Shown: positions 27,486 through 38,113, counted from the first letter of the stretch. The stretch: DNA of 46,108 nt from Bacteroidales bacterium (GCA_036171035.1 JAVHQG010000200.1:1-46108), one strand, 5' to 3'. Translations and numbers: made by a program. The notes: a model not told the origin generated them from the letters alone.

Positions 27486-29297
27486 TTATTTTGCAATAGA
27501 CTTAAATGTATCGTCTTCAAAATATTTGTTGAATTCCATATCTGTTTTTGCTTTTGCTCCGAGTGAAGCATCTTTTCCAACAGCAGAACGTAAGTTGTTA
27601 AATAATATTTCAGTATTTGCTTTACGAGCTCCGCAGATAGCTTTCAGGTAAAGAACCATTGCATCGTCTTTGTTTTCTGCATTGTCAAGTGTCTTAATTG
27701 CATCATCAACACTGCCATTGAGCAATTTTGCAAGTGCTGTGTTCATTGTGTTAAATGAACCACAATTTGAAACTGCATCCTTATATTCTGCTTTTTTAAT
27801 ATTGATAATGCCCATATTATAACCTACTTCATTGCCTGCACCTGCTGCTGATGTTAGTAATTCTTTTGCTTTTGCAAAATCTTTTTCTTTTAGTGCACAT
27901 GCTGCAAGGTTGTTGAATACAATTGGATCCGCTTTTTTTGCTTTTGCATCTTCAAAAGCTGTTTTAGCTTCAGCTGTATTATTTAACAAGAAACTTGTGT
28001 ATCCTGCATTGTTATGAGTTCTCCAATCGTCTGGAAAAATTCTTACTGCAGCTTTATAAATTGAATTTTGTTTGTTAAGGTCTTTTTCTAAATTTCCAGC
28101 TTTTAAAATTTCTTCAATTTTCAGACTATCGGGAGCTGAATTAGCGATTCTAACAAGTTCTTCATCTGAGTAACCTACTATGTCAACATTTATTTTAATG
28201 GATGATTTTCTCAATGTAGGATAAACTTTTTCTTTCAAAGCTGAAAATACTTGTTTCAGATTTTTTATTTCTTTGTTTCTTTGGTCAGGGTCAGAATACA
28301 TTGAAAGTGTTCTGATGATAAGGTCTTTGTCTTGCATGTTTGAAGCCTGAATAGCTGCTTTGAATCCTTCCCAATCTTGACCTTTCCCTGCAGATTTGAA
28401 CATGGTTTTAAAGTCAAATTGTTTTGGTTGGAATTTTTTAATAGCTTCTTTATTGGCTTTATTTTTCTTTGTAAATTCTTCTTTTTCTTTTTTCTCTTTG
28501 TCTTTCATTTCTTTGTTCATCAGGTCTTCCGTTGATTTTGCTCTATCTTTAGACAATTTATCGTTTAATTGAACGGGTCCATCAGGAGAAGCTTGACCAT
28601 CAACGTTCATCCCTTTATATTCACGTCTTTTATCAGTTTGAGCCTGATTAATAAAATCCTGTAATGCTTTTATTTCATCTTTCTTTAATTCAGTTGTCTT
28701 AACATTTGATTTTGTCATATCAAAAAGGATGGAAGCATCTTTTGATTCACTGGTAGTGCGTACAAAATCGTCTTTTGCTGCAATAACTTTTGAATCCATC
28801 TGAACTAAATTTGGAGTAGCAATTACACCTTTAGCAACTTCTTTTTTTGTGAAGTCAACAACTTTTTTGTCTGGCTTAGCAGCATCTTTTCCCTTGTATC
28901 CTTGAAGCCTAACTTCTAGTCTCGACATTTTCATGCCTTCTTCATATGCAACTTTATCTGTGAAGCTGAAAGATCCACCTGATTCATATTTTATTACTTT
29001 ATTGTTGCCCTGAACTTTTTCACCCTGATAAACTTCTTTTTTTAGAGCTTTTTCGCCACCTTCCCATACGATATATGGAGTTCCTTCAACGATAACTTTT
29101 TTCTGGAAAAATTTTTCAGGAACTTTGCCGGTAATGGTAACTTTCACTGAATCTCCGTGCATTTCAAGGATAGCAGGATCAACTGTATAGGTAACCTTGC
29201 CTTCTTCTTTTAACATTTTTTTTAGACCACCGCAACTTGATACTATCAATGCTACGATAAACAGGGATGTCACATAAACGACTTTGAAACTTTTCAT
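27486..29297 (-). CDS. Large lipoprotein with an OmpA-like peptidoglycan-binding-type segment, a Lys/Glu-rich linker and C-terminal TPR-like repeats (hypothetical)
   Basis: Lipobox LIVSSCGG. GQASPDGPVQLNDKLSKDRAKS resembles the OmpA-family ...G...N..LS..RA motif. Low-complexity KDKEKKEKEE linker. C-terminal A/K/N-rich helical repeats. Confidence 0.55.
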   Translation of the reverse strand: MKSFKVVYVTSLFIVALIVSSCGGLKKMLKEEGKVTYTVDPAILEMHGDSVKVTITGKVPEKFFQKKVIVEGTPYIVWEGGEKALKKEVYQGEKVQGNNKVIKYESGGSFSFTDKVAYEEGMKMSRLEVRLQGYKGKDAAKPDKKVVDFTKKEVAKGVIATPNLVQMDSKVIAAKDDFVRTTSESKDASILFDMTKSNVKTTELKKDEIKALQDFINQAQTDKRREYKGMNVDGQASPDGPVQLNDKLSKDRAKSTEDLMNKEMKDKEKKEKEEFTKKNKANKEAIKKFQPKQFDFKTMFKSAGKGQDWEGFKAAIQASNMQDKDLIIRTLSMYSDPDQRNKEIKNLKQVFSALKEKVYPTLRKSSIKINVDIVGYSDEELVRIANSAPDSLKIEEILKAGNLEKDLNKQNSIYKAAVRIFPDDWRTHNNAGYTSFLLNNTAEAKTAFEDAKAKKADPIVFNNLAACALKEKDFAKAKELLTSAAGAGNEVGYNMGIINIKKAEYKDAVSNCGSFNTMNTALAKLLNGSVDDAIKTLDNAENKDDAMVLYLKAICGARKANTEILFNNLRSAVGKDASLGAKAKTDMEFNKYFEDDTFKSIAK

Positions 29298-29423
29298 AAA
29301 GTATTAATTAATTTATTTAATAACATTTTTAATGAATATTTATGGTACAAAATTAATAATGTTTTAAGAAAAACAAATTTTTTCTTAAATTTTGATTTTC
29401 TCTTAGAAAACAAATGGATTGAG

Positions 29424-30092
29424 TTAAAAAACTATCCTGTTGATACCTGTTTGATAATCTTTTGAAAATATGGTTTCAAGCATTAATTCGTAATCTTCGG
29501 AACGGTTTACAAAGTCTAAATTATTTGTATCAATAATTAGGACTTTCATAGCCTTTTGTTGTCTGAAAAAGTTAAAATAGCCTTCTTGAATTCCTAATAG
29601 ATACTCTTTACTGATGTTTTGTTCGTAAGCTCTTCCTCTTGATTTTATGTTATAAAGCAATTTTTCAACATGAACGTGTAAATATACGTACAAATCAGGT
29701 TTTTTAAGTGTTCCATATATGATGTCAAATAGTTGCCTGTAAAGTAAATATTCATCTTCTTGTAAGGTGCTTTTTGAAAAAATCAGAGATTTCATAAAAT
29801 AGTAATCGGCAATTGTAAATGTTTTAAAAAGATCTCTGTTTTCCAGTTCTTTTTTTATTTGATTGTAGCGCTCTGCAAGAAAGGATAACTCAAGTGGGAA
29901 TGAATATTTTTCCGGATTTTTATAGAATTTTGGAAGAAAGGGATTTTCTGCAAATTGTTCTAAAATGGATTGAGCATTAAATTCAGCAGCAATTTTCTTA
30001 ACCAGTGTTGTTTTTCCTGCACCAATATTCCCTTCGATTATCAAAAAATTGATATTGTTGAAATTAGTGTTTTTAATGTTCTGATGTTCCAT
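29424..30092 (-). CDS. Deoxynucleoside kinase family protein
   Basis: P-loop IIEGNIGAGKTTL. FLAERY (ERS-like) motif. LID segment IKSRGRAYEQNI. About 220 aa, typical of dNK/dGK. Confidence 0.85.
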   Translation of the reverse strand: MEHQNIKNTNFNNINFLIIEGNIGAGKTTLVKKIAAEFNAQSILEQFAENPFLPKFYKNPEKYSFPLELSFLAERYNQIKKELENRDLFKTFTIADYYFMKSLIFSKSTLQEDEYLLYRQLFDIIYGTLKKPDLYVYLHVHVEKLLYNIKSRGRAYEQNISKEYLLGIQEGYFNFFRQQKAMKVLIIDTNNLDFVNRSEDYELMLETIFSKDYQTGINRIVF

Positions 30093-30119
30093 TGTTTGCT
30101 GTTCTCAAGGAAATATTTA

Positions 30120-31229
30120 TTATTGCATATTCTGATCCCAGTCTTTCCAAACAACTTCATAGCCCTGTTCGTGAACCATTTCGGCTATTTCTTTTGGAGA
30201 TCGCTCATCGGCAACATGAAATTGTTCCAAAGAATTATTTTTGTTTGCATATCCTCCCGGATTCGTTCTAGCGCCTGCACTCATGGATGTTACACCCATT
30301 TTAATAATATTATTTCTAAACTTTTCGCTCTCTCGTGTTGAAATTGACAGCTCTACTTCTTCGTCGAGTAAACGATATGCACAAATAAGTTGAACCATTT
30401 CTTTGTCACTTACAATTATCTTTGGTTCTATAATTCCTGTTGCCGGACGCAAGCGTGGAAAGGAAATGGAATATTTTGACTGCCAGTAGGTTTGTTCAAG
30501 ATATTTCAGATGCAAGGCAGTAAAAAAACTGTCTGTTCTCCAATTTTCCAAACCTAATAAAACGCCAAGTCCTATTTTATAAATTCCTGCATGTCCTAGT
30601 CTGTCTGGTGTTTCAAGGCGATAGTTGAAATCTGATTTTTTTCCGCGGGGATGATAATTTTTATAGTTTTTGTTGTTATAAGTTTCCTGATAAATATAAA
30701 CGGTATTTAATCCGAGTGCAACAAGTTCTGCATATTCGTGTGTGTCTAAAGGCTGAACTTCCATTGATACCAATGAACAATACGGCTTTACCAGGTTTAA
30801 TGCGTTTTTTAAATATTCAAATCCTGCTTTTTTAGGTGATTCACCTGTTACTAAAAGTATATGCTCAAAGCCATATGATTTAAGGATTTTGGTTTCTTTG
30901 ATTATTTCTTCATCGTTTAATATTATGCGTTTAATATTATTTTTATGATTAAATCCACAATAGGTGCAGCTGTTGTTGCATTCATTTGATAAATAAAGTG
31001 GATTAAACATTTGTATTGTTCGTCCGAATCGTTTTAATGTAAGTGTGCGGCTAATTTGTGCCATTTGTTCTAAGTAGGGCAAGGCTGCCGGAGAAATCAG
31101 GGCTTTGAAATCTTCAAGATCACGTTTGTTTTTTTGCAGTGCAATTTCAACATCTTTGCATGTTTTTGCATAGATTTCAGCTTGGATATTATCCCAGTTG
31201 TATGCGTTATATGAATTTGTGAAAGTCAT
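30120..31229 (-). CDS. thiH: 2-iminoacetate synthase ThiH (radical SAM tyrosine lyase)
   Basis: Radical-SAM motif CNNSCTYCGF with ThiH-like length and flanking sequence. Sits 3 nt downstream of thiG. Confidence 0.9.
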   Translation of the reverse strand: MTFTNSYNAYNWDNIQAEIYAKTCKDVEIALQKNKRDLEDFKALISPAALPYLEQMAQISRTLTLKRFGRTIQMFNPLYLSNECNNSCTYCGFNHKNNIKRIILNDEEIIKETKILKSYGFEHILLVTGESPKKAGFEYLKNALNLVKPYCSLVSMEVQPLDTHEYAELVALGLNTVYIYQETYNNKNYKNYHPRGKKSDFNYRLETPDRLGHAGIYKIGLGVLLGLENWRTDSFFTALHLKYLEQTYWQSKYSISFPRLRPATGIIEPKIIVSDKEMVQLICAYRLLDEEVELSISTRESEKFRNNIIKMGVTSMSAGARTNPGGYANKNNSLEQFHVADERSPKEIAEMVHEQGYEVVWKDWDQNMQ

Positions 31230-31232
31230 AAT

Positions 31233-32009
31233 TTAATCATTTAAAAAAGAAGTGAGAGGGCTGCTTGCCGCAGCGAATTTTGTTGATTTTGCCAGTTTTG
31301 CTTCAAAAGCTATTCTGCCTGCTTCAACAGCCATTTTGAAAGCGATTGCCATCATCACCGGATTTTCTGAAACTGCAATAGCGGTGTTTACTAAAACGGC
31401 ATCTGCTCCCATTTCCATTGCTTCGGCAGCGTGCGACGGTGCACCAATTCCTGCATCAATCACAATCGGTATTTTGCTCTGTTCAATAATTATTTCAAGA
31501 AAATCTCTGCTTTTTAAACCTTTGTTGCTGCCAATAGGAGAACCCAAAGGCATTACTACTGCTGCGCCTACTTCTTCTAATCGTTTGCATAAAACCGGAT
31601 CTGCATGAATGTATGGCATGACAATAAATCCAAGTTTTACAAGCTCTTCTGTAGCCTTAAGTGTCTCAATCGGGTCGGGCATCAGGTATTTTGCATCAGG
31701 ATGAATTTCAAGTTTTATCCAGTTTGTTTCCAGTGCTTCACGGGCTAATTGTGCGGCAAATACAGCTTCTTTCGCAGATCTTACTCCGCTGGTATTTGGC
31801 AACAAATTAAATTGTGGGTGATGTAAATGTTTTAAAATATCATCTTTTGTGTTATTTACATCTACTCTTTTTAAAGCAACTGTTATTAGCTCTGACCCTG
31901 ATGCAAGCAATGCTTTTTCCATTGTCTCATTGGAATTAAATTTGCCTGTTCCGGTAAATAATCTTGAAGTAAATATTTTACCTGCTATTGTTAGTGTTTT
32001 GTGAATCAT
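31233..32009 (-). CDS. thiG: Thiazole synthase ThiG
   Basis: Contains [39 protein letters not shown], and [29 protein letters not shown]. Confidence 0.95.
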   Translation of the reverse strand: MIHKTLTIAGKIFTSRLFTGTGKFNSNETMEKALLASGSELITVALKRVDVNNTKDDILKHLHHPQFNLLPNTSGVRSAKEAVFAAQLAREALETNWIKLEIHPDAKYLMPDPIETLKATEELVKLGFIVMPYIHADPVLCKRLEEVGAAVVMPLGSPIGSNKGLKSRDFLEIIIEQSKIPIVIDAGIGAPSHAAEAMEMGADAVLVNTAIAVSENPVMMAIAFKMAVEAGRIAFEAKLAKSTKFAAASSPLTSFLND

Positions 32010-32058
32010 AATTTAGGACTAAATGAGGTGCGCTGTTATAAATTAAATTGTGCGTAAT

Positions 32059-32685
32059 TTAAAAATACAAGGTTAATAAAAATTTTTGAGTTGTTTCTGC
32101 AATGTTATTATCGTTGTGAATGCTTGATGACAAAGCGATTCCGTGAATGCCTGTAGGTGATAATAAGGGAATATCTTCTATTGTAATTCCTCCAATGGCA
32201 ATAATTGGTATGTTTATTCCCTCATTTTTACATTTGGCTAAAATGTTTTTATATCCCTTTATGCCAAGTGTTGCACTTAAATTTTCTTTGGTTAAGGTAA
32301 AACGATAAGGACCCAGTCCAATATAATCAACTTCTTGTAATGATAGGTTTTTAATATCTTCAAAGGTGTTGGCTGTGCCTCCAATAATAAAATTATCACC
32401 TAATTTTTTTCGTGCGTCAGTGGGCGACATGTCTGATTTGCCAAGATGCACGCCATCGGCAAGTAGCTCGTGAGCAAGCGATACATTGTCGTTGATGATA
32501 AACTTTGCACCATTTTTTATACACACTTTTTGAACTTTTAGTGCGATTTTTTTTATTTCATCATAGTTTTTATTTTTTACTCGTAACTGAATCCATTTGC
32601 AACCACCGAGACAAACTTGTTCTGCTTGTTCCCAATGAGAAAGTCCTTCAATTTCGTGTGTGATATATTGTAATTTTTCAATCAT
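32059..32685 (-). CDS. thiE: Thiamine-phosphate synthase ThiE
   Basis: Contains IQLR.K, FIINDNV.LA, DGVHLGKSDM, IIGGTANT, DYIGLGPYRFTLTKEN, and IIAIGGI. Confidence 0.9.
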   Translation of the reverse strand: MIEKLQYITHEIEGLSHWEQAEQVCLGGCKWIQLRVKNKNYDEIKKIALKVQKVCIKNGAKFIINDNVSLAHELLADGVHLGKSDMSPTDARKKLGDNFIIGGTANTFEDIKNLSLQEVDYIGLGPYRFTLTKENLSATLGIKGYKNILAKCKNEGINIPIIAIGGITIEDIPLLSPTGIHGIALSSSIHNDNNIAETTQKFLLTLYF

Positions 32686-32688
32686 GTT

Positions 32689-33438
32689 TTATACTTTATG
32701 ATAGCCCAATAATCCCTCATTGCTACTAAGAAATTCTGTTATATAATTTTTTGCCATTAAACAAGACCTATGTAATTTGAATCCTTTTGCCAGATTTGCA
32801 ACTATTGCAGATGACAGTACACATCCGGAGCCATGTTTTGCAGGCAGAAGTCTTTTTTTGGGACGAAATGAAGTTCGTTTTTCTTTTTCAAACAAAAAAT
32901 CTTTTCCGGGATTATTTTGGTCATGTCCTCCTTTTAAAAATACATTGCAAAATTTTGCTAATCTTATTGCGCCATCAACAGGGCTTAATTCAGGGTATAT
33001 TGTTTTGATTTCGTTTAAATTTGGAGTAATTAAATAAATTTTTGATGCAATTTTTTCCATAGTTACAAGGTCAGGTTTGTAAAATTCAAATCCTGCGGAT
33101 GCTTTTAAAATAGGATCCCATATAATTTTTATGCCTTTATTGAAAGATAAAGAAATGTCAATAATTTTATCGAGCATTTCCATATTTTGTATAAGCCCGA
33201 TTTTTACAAAATCAAAATGGTGAAGTTTAAAAAGAATTTCAATTTGCTGTTTAATTAATTCTTTTGTCAACCATTTGCTTGAAATAAATTCAGCTTCGTT
33301 TTGAATAGTGATGCAGGTTGTAACTCCCATACCTGTTACTTTGTGTGCTTCAAATGTTTTTATGTCAGCCAAAATTCCTGCACCTCCACAGGGGTCGTAA
33401 CCTGCAACGCTTAACACGTATGGTCGTTCCTTTTTCAT
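32689..33438 (-). CDS. thiD: Hydroxymethylpyrimidine/phosphomethylpyrimidine kinase ThiD
   Basis: Contains VLSVAGYDPCGGAGILADIKTF, VKIGL, WDPIL.A, ITPNLNE, and HGSGCVLSSAI. ATGA overlap with the upstream gene. Confidence 0.85.
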   Translation of the reverse strand: MKKERPYVLSVAGYDPCGGAGILADIKTFEAHKVTGMGVTTCITIQNEAEFISSKWLTKELIKQQIEILFKLHHFDFVKIGLIQNMEMLDKIIDISLSFNKGIKIIWDPILKASAGFEFYKPDLVTMEKIASKIYLITPNLNEIKTIYPELSPVDGAIRLAKFCNVFLKGGHDQNNPGKDFLFEKEKRTSFRPKKRLLPAKHGSGCVLSSAIVANLAKGFKLHRSCLMAKNYITEFLSSNEGLLGYHKV

Positions 33439-34064
33439 TCAGAAAATTGTATTTGTTTTTTTATTTGCTCAAATGCTAATATTTTATTTTTATTGTTCCA
33501 AATTGCCCCTAGAACTGCTGTTCCATGAAATCCTGCTTGAAAAATAGAACCAATGTTGCTTTCTGATATTCCGCCTAAAGCTACTATTTTGCACGATGAA
33601 TGGTACGTTTGAAGAAAAATAGTACAATCTGAAAGTGAAAATTTACTGATATAATTTTGTTTCGAAATACTGTCAAAAATAGGACTTAAAAATACGTAAT
33701 TAAACGGATATTTTAATTGTTTAATATCATTTAGGCTATGTGTTGAGGAGCTAGTTAGCATATTGCATTCGTGTGCATTTTTTATTAAATCAGAGGTGTT
33801 TTCTTTAGGTGTTGTACTGATAAATGATTGAGTTAAATGAATCCCACAAAGCCCATATTCCAACGCTAATTCGTAAAATGAATGGATCATTAATTTTGAT
33901 CGGTATATTGGTTTAATATTGTTAATTAATGAAATTATTTCGATTCTAGAAAATGCAGGTTTTCTGATGTGTAAGCATTGTAGCCCTGATTGAAACAGAG
34001 CATTGATGATTTCTGCTTCATTTGGAATTAAATCTGAACTCGTGATTACAATTAATTTGTGCAT
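33435..34064 (-). CDS. TenI/ThiE-family thiamine-phosphate synthase-like protein
   Basis: KLIVITS...NEAEIINALFQSGLQCLHIRKP...GIHLTQ...VFLSPIFDSISK...VALGGI matches the TenI-like paralogue usually found in Bacteroidota thi operons. Whether it acts as a thiazole tautomerase or a second ThiE cannot be decided from sequence alone. Confidence 0.7.
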   Translation of the reverse strand: MHKLIVITSSDLIPNEAEIINALFQSGLQCLHIRKPAFSRIEIISLINNIKPIYRSKLMIHSFYELALEYGLCGIHLTQSFISTTPKENTSDLIKNAHECNMLTSSSTHSLNDIKQLKYPFNYVFLSPIFDSISKQNYISKFSLSDCTIFLQTYHSSCKIVALGGISESNIGSIFQAGFHGTAVLGAIWNNKNKILAFEQIKKQIQFSE

Positions 34065-34323
34065 TATCTGATATAAATTTTCGCAAAATTATGAAATATC
34101 AATAAAGCACAGATGGGAGTTTGTAAATTGTTATAAACATTTTTGTCGAAAATTACCACGATGGCTCTAAAACAACAAGGATTACAAAGATTATTTGCTT
34201 GTTGTATGTTTTGTGAAAATTTGAGCTTTTGTGTTTTTGTGGCATTCGCTTGAGGCAAATCATTAAAATTATTATTTTTGTTCATGGTATAAAATTAATC
34301 TACTTTTGCAGTTCAAAATTTTC

Positions 34324-34737
34324 ATGATGCACAAGAGAAATAAAATAGTACAAAAATTAATTCATTTTTTCCGTTGGACAAGGAAGAAATTTGCGGTGCT
34401 GGCTTCTCTTGGAAAGTTAATCAAAATTGGTGTTGTACGTATTGAAGTATGCAAACAAGCATTACTTAAATCTGGAGTTTCGTTGCAATCGCTTTCAGGT
34501 AATTTTGTAAATCAATCAAGCACTGCTTTTGACGAGGATGAGTTAATTGTTGAGCCTTTGCTTACTGCTACTACCTTTGTTTTGCCTAAAGTAACATCAT
34601 CTTCACGATTACGAAAAAAAACTAATAGAATTATTCCTTCTCTTTTCACTATTTTTTCATATCTACATCGTTGTTATTCATTAATTTTTATGAATAGCGG
34701 AGATCAACCTATAAATAATTTTTATTATGCAAATTGA
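34324..34737 (+). CDS. Hypothetical 137-aa ORF forming the leader of the bio operon (possible relic of a TonB-dependent receptor N-terminus)
   Basis: A TACTTTTG -7 box at 34301-34308 lies just upstream. The ORF end overlaps the bioB ATG by 11 nt. RKKFAVLASLGKLIKIGVV resembles the ...F.SL.K.V.IGVL leader I associate with Bacteroidota TonB-dependent receptors. The remainder is low-complexity, so coding status is uncertain. Confidence 0.3.
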   Translation: MMHKRNKIVQKLIHFFRWTRKKFAVLASLGKLIKIGVVRIEVCKQALLKSGVSLQSLSGNFVNQSSTAFDEDELIVEPLLTATTFVLPKVTSSSRLRKKTNRIIPSLFTIFSYLHRCYSLIFMNSGDQPINNFYYAN

Positions 34738-35692
34738 ACAGATTAATAATCTTAAGAACAAAATTATTTCTGGTTACGAAATTTTGTTAGATGAAGCCAT
34801 ATGTTTAGTAAATACTGAACATACAGCAGAATTGTGTCAGGCATCATTTGAAATCATGAAGCATTTCTGTGGTTTAGATTTTGATATGTGTTCCATTATC
34901 AATGCAAAGTCAGGTAAATGCTCTGAGAATTGTAAATGGTGTGCTCAATCTGCACATCACAATACCGGAATTGAAACATATGATATTGTTGATAAAAAAT
35001 TGGCAATTGAGAGCGCATTGAGCAATTCAAAACAAGGTGTGCGTAGGTTTTCTCTTGTTACCAGTGGAAAATATGTCACTGATGCCGAACTTGATAAGTA
35101 TATTGAGATATACAGAAAAATCAGGAATCATTCGGATATTAGTTTATGTGCATCTATGGGGTTGCTTACCAAATCTCAATTGCAGCGATTAAAAGATGCC
35201 GAAATTGAGCATTATCATTGTAATTTAGAAACAGCTCCATCGTATTTTAAACAGATTTGCACTACTCATACAATTGAAGATAAATTGCAGACAATTCAGT
35301 GGGCAAAAGAAACCGGATTAAAGATTTGTTCCGGTGGAATTATTGGAATGGGTGAAACTATGGGACAGCGAATAGAACTGGCTTTTGCTTTAAAAAAAAT
35401 AGATGTAAAATCTATTCCGATAAATATTTTAAATCCTATTGAAGGTACGGCATTGCAGGGTACTGCACCCTTAACGGATGATGAAATTTTGAAAACGATT
35501 GCTGTGTTCAGATTTATTAATCCGGATTGTTATTTAAGATTCGCCGGTGGGCGTTTATTGATTCGACATTTGCAGGAAACAGCTCTTAAATCTGGGATGA
35601 ATGCCTCTATTGTTGGAGATTTATTGACTACTATCGGATCTAATGTAGAAGAAGACAAGAGAGATTTTACAAATGCAGGTTTTAGTTTATGA
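34727..35692 (+). CDS. bioB: Biotin synthase
   Basis: Radical-SAM motif [11 protein letters not shown]. Contains RFSLVTSG, and [10 protein letters not shown] for the second cluster region. Confidence 0.95.
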   Translation: MQIEQINNLKNKIISGYEILLDEAICLVNTEHTAELCQASFEIMKHFCGLDFDMCSIINAKSGKCSENCKWCAQSAHHNTGIETYDIVDKKLAIESALSNSKQGVRRFSLVTSGKYVTDAELDKYIEIYRKIRNHSDISLCASMGLLTKSQLQRLKDAEIEHYHCNLETAPSYFKQICTTHTIEDKLQTIQWAKETGLKICSGGIIGMGETMGQRIELAFALKKIDVKSIPINILNPIEGTALQGTAPLTDDEILKTIAVFRFINPDCYLRFAGGRLLIRHLQETALKSGMNASIVGDLLTTIGSNVEEDKRDFTNAGFSL

Positions 35693-36963
35693 ATAATATT
35701 TTAGGAATAGATAAAGAGCATCTTTGGCATCCATATACATCAACTACGAATCCTTTGCCGGTTTATTCTGTGAAGGCCGCCAAAGGTTGTGAAATTGAAT
35801 TGGAGAACGGCACAAAATTGATTGATGGAATGTCGTCGTGGTGGGCTGCAATTCATGGATATAATCATCCTGCGCTAAACGCAGCAGTTGAAGAGCAGTT
35901 AAAAAGCATGTCTCATATTATGTTTGGGGGACTTACACATAAACCGGCTGTGAGACTCGCTGAAAGTTTACTGAAAATTGTACCTATTGGTTTAAATAAA
36001 ATATTTTATAGTGATTCAGGCTCCGTTGCTGTGGAGGTTGCAATGAAAATGGCATTGCAATTTTGGCATGCAAAAGAGAAATTTAAAAAAAATAAATTTC
36101 TTACAATTCGTTCCGGATATCATGGCGACACTTGGAATGCTATGTCGGTATGTGACCCAGATACAGGTATGCATTCAATATGGTCGGGACTTTTGACCGA
36201 GCAGTTTTTTGTTGATAGACCAAATTGCCGATTTAATGAAGAATGGGATGCTAAAGATATTATTCCGTTACAAATTTTGCTTGAAAAACATCATGATGAA
36301 ATTGCTGCAATCATTTTGGAACCTATTGTTCAGGGGGCAGGAGGGATGTGGTTTTATCATCCTGAATATTTGAAAAAGGCATTTGCGTTAAGTCGTGAAC
36401 TTGATGTGCTGTTTATTTGTGATGAAATTGCCACAGGTTTCGGTCGTACAGGTAAAATGTTTGCTTCTGAATGGGCTGGTATCACGCCTGATATTATGTG
36501 TCTTGGGAAAGCAATTACCGGAGGCTATTTGTCATTTGCCGTTACATTAACCACTAATGCGGTGGCTGATACAATTTCATCTGGGAATCCAGATTGCTTT
36601 ATGCATGGTCCCACGTATATGGGGAATCCGCTTGCGTGCGCTGTTGCCTTTGCAAATATTGAATTGTTGCATTCTTATGATTGGAAAAATAATATTTACC
36701 GAATAGAATCAATTCTTAAAACTGAGCTTGCTGAAACTGTTGTTTTTTCAGGCGTTGCTGATGTTCGTATTCTTGGTGCAATAGGTGTTGTGGAGATGAA
36801 AAATCCGGTGAATGTTGCTAGCATTCAAAAAGAATTCGTACATGAAGGAGTGTGGATTAGACCATTTGGCAAGTTGGTTTATCTTATGCCTCCCTACATT
36901 ATTTCTGACGATGAGTTGGTGTTTTTAATTCATAAAATGAAAAAAGTAATCAGTAAATTTTAA
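35689..36963 (+). CDS. bioA: Adenosylmethionine-8-amino-7-oxononanoate aminotransferase
   Basis: Contains [48 protein letters not shown], and [11 protein letters not shown] (PLP lysine). Confidence 0.95.
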   Translation: MNNILGIDKEHLWHPYTSTTNPLPVYSVKAAKGCEIELENGTKLIDGMSSWWAAIHGYNHPALNAAVEEQLKSMSHIMFGGLTHKPAVRLAESLLKIVPIGLNKIFYSDSGSVAVEVAMKMALQFWHAKEKFKKNKFLTIRSGYHGDTWNAMSVCDPDTGMHSIWSGLLTEQFFVDRPNCRFNEEWDAKDIIPLQILLEKHHDEIAAIILEPIVQGAGGMWFYHPEYLKKAFALSRELDVLFICDEIATGFGRTGKMFASEWAGITPDIMCLGKAITGGYLSFAVTLTTNAVADTISSGNPDCFMHGPTYMGNPLACAVAFANIELLHSYDWKNNIYRIESILKTELAETVVFSGVADVRILGAIGVVEMKNPVNVASIQKEFVHEGVWIRPFGKLVYLMPPYIISDDELVFLIHKMKKVISKF

Positions 36964-36967
36964 TCAA

Positions 36968-38113
36968 ATGCAGAACTGGTATAACAATATTGATGAAGAA
37001 TTAAAGCAATTGGAGCAGACCAAAAATTATAGATTTTTTAGGGATTTGCCAAAGGGAATGCTTGATGTTTGCTCGAATGATTATTTAGGAATTTCAACTC
37101 GGAGTGATTGGCAAAAAGAATTTTTTCAGAAACAACAGCACGATAATTATTTCCAAATGTCGGCAGTGTCTTCCCGCTTATTGTCAGGGAATCATAAAGA
37201 ATATGCTCTACTCGAAGGTGAGATGTCTGGATTGTATAATGGTCGTGCATGTTTGACTTTTAATAGTGGCTATCATGCAAATATCGGAATCCTTCCTGCC
37301 ATAACACAACCAGGGGATTTGATTATTTCTGATAAATCGGTCCATGCAAGTTTAATAGATGGAATCAGGCTTTCTAAGTGTAAATCGGAACGATTTAAAC
37401 ATTTTGATTATTCTCGTCTGGAAAAAATTCTTGCAGATAATTATGAAAAAGCAAGTAATATTTTTGTGGTAACAGAATCCATTTTTAGCATGGATGGTGA
37501 TGAGGCTGATCTTAATGTTTTAGTTGATCTTAAAAAGAAATATCATTTTCATATTTATTTGGATGAAGCTCACGCATTCGGAGTACGTGGAGAAAAGGGT
37601 CTGGGCTGTGCTGAAGAGGCTGGGTTGCTTGATGAAATTGATTTGCTTGTTGGTACGTATGGCAAAGCAATTGCATCATCGGGTGCATTTGTGATTTGTA
37701 ATAAAAATATTCGTGAATTCCTTATCAATAAATGCAGAAGTCTTATTTTTTCTACTGCTCAACCGCCAATTAGTATCGCATGGACACGCTTTGTTGTTGA
37801 ACGATTACCGGATATGCAAAAAGAGCGAAAACAACTGCAAAAACTTGGAGATTTTTTTATTTCTAAAGCCGCAGCTAGTGGTATTTTTATTACTTCTAAA
37901 AGCCAAATTAAACCATATATAACCGGATCAAATGAAAGTGCAATTACTTTTTCTGAAGGATTACAAAAAGGTGGAGTTTATGTTCTACCTATTCGCTATC
38001 CTACAGTTCCGGAAGGTACTGCCAGAATTAGGTTTTCACTTAATGCAGTGCTTAAACAAGATGATATTTCTAAAGTTGTTCAATTAATTTCACAAGTTAA
38101 AAATGAAATGTAA
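36968..38113 (+). CDS. bioF: 8-amino-7-oxononanoate synthase
   Basis: Contains NDYLG, FNSGYHANIG, DEAHAFGV.G..G.G, and GTYGKAIASSGAF (PLP lysine). Confidence 0.9.
   Translation: MQNWYNNIDEELKQLEQTKNYRFFRDLPKGMLDVCSNDYLGISTRSDWQKEFFQKQQHDNYFQMSAVSSRLLSGNHKEYALLEGEMSGLYNGRACLTFNSGYHANIGILPAITQPGDLIISDKSVHASLIDGIRLSKCKSERFKHFDYSRLEKILADNYEKASNIFVVTESIFSMDGDEADLNVLVDLKKKYHFHIYLDEAHAFGVRGEKGLGCAEEAGLLDEIDLLVGTYGKAIASSGAFVICNKNIREFLINKCRSLIFSTAQPPISIAWTRFVVERLPDMQKERKQLQKLGDFFISKAAASGIFITSKSQIKPYITGSNESAITFSEGLQKGGVYVLPIRYPTVPEGTARIRFSLNAVLKQDDISKVVQLISQVKNEM

Noticed and set aside
34064-34285. A 73-aa minus-strand ORF immediately upstream of the tenI-like gene, considered as a possible leader peptide or thi-related gene.
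   Set aside because: It is Asn/Gln-rich and low-complexity with no motif. It would start inside the divergent bio promoter region, and I see no supporting promoter. It is most likely non-coding.
34065-34323. A search for a second TPP riboswitch or a biotin operator palindrome in the divergent intergenic region.
   Set aside because: By eye I found no GCTGAGA / ACCTGA / AGGGA THI-box elements on either strand and no convincing long palindrome. The negative result is recorded here, but it still needs a covariance-model search.
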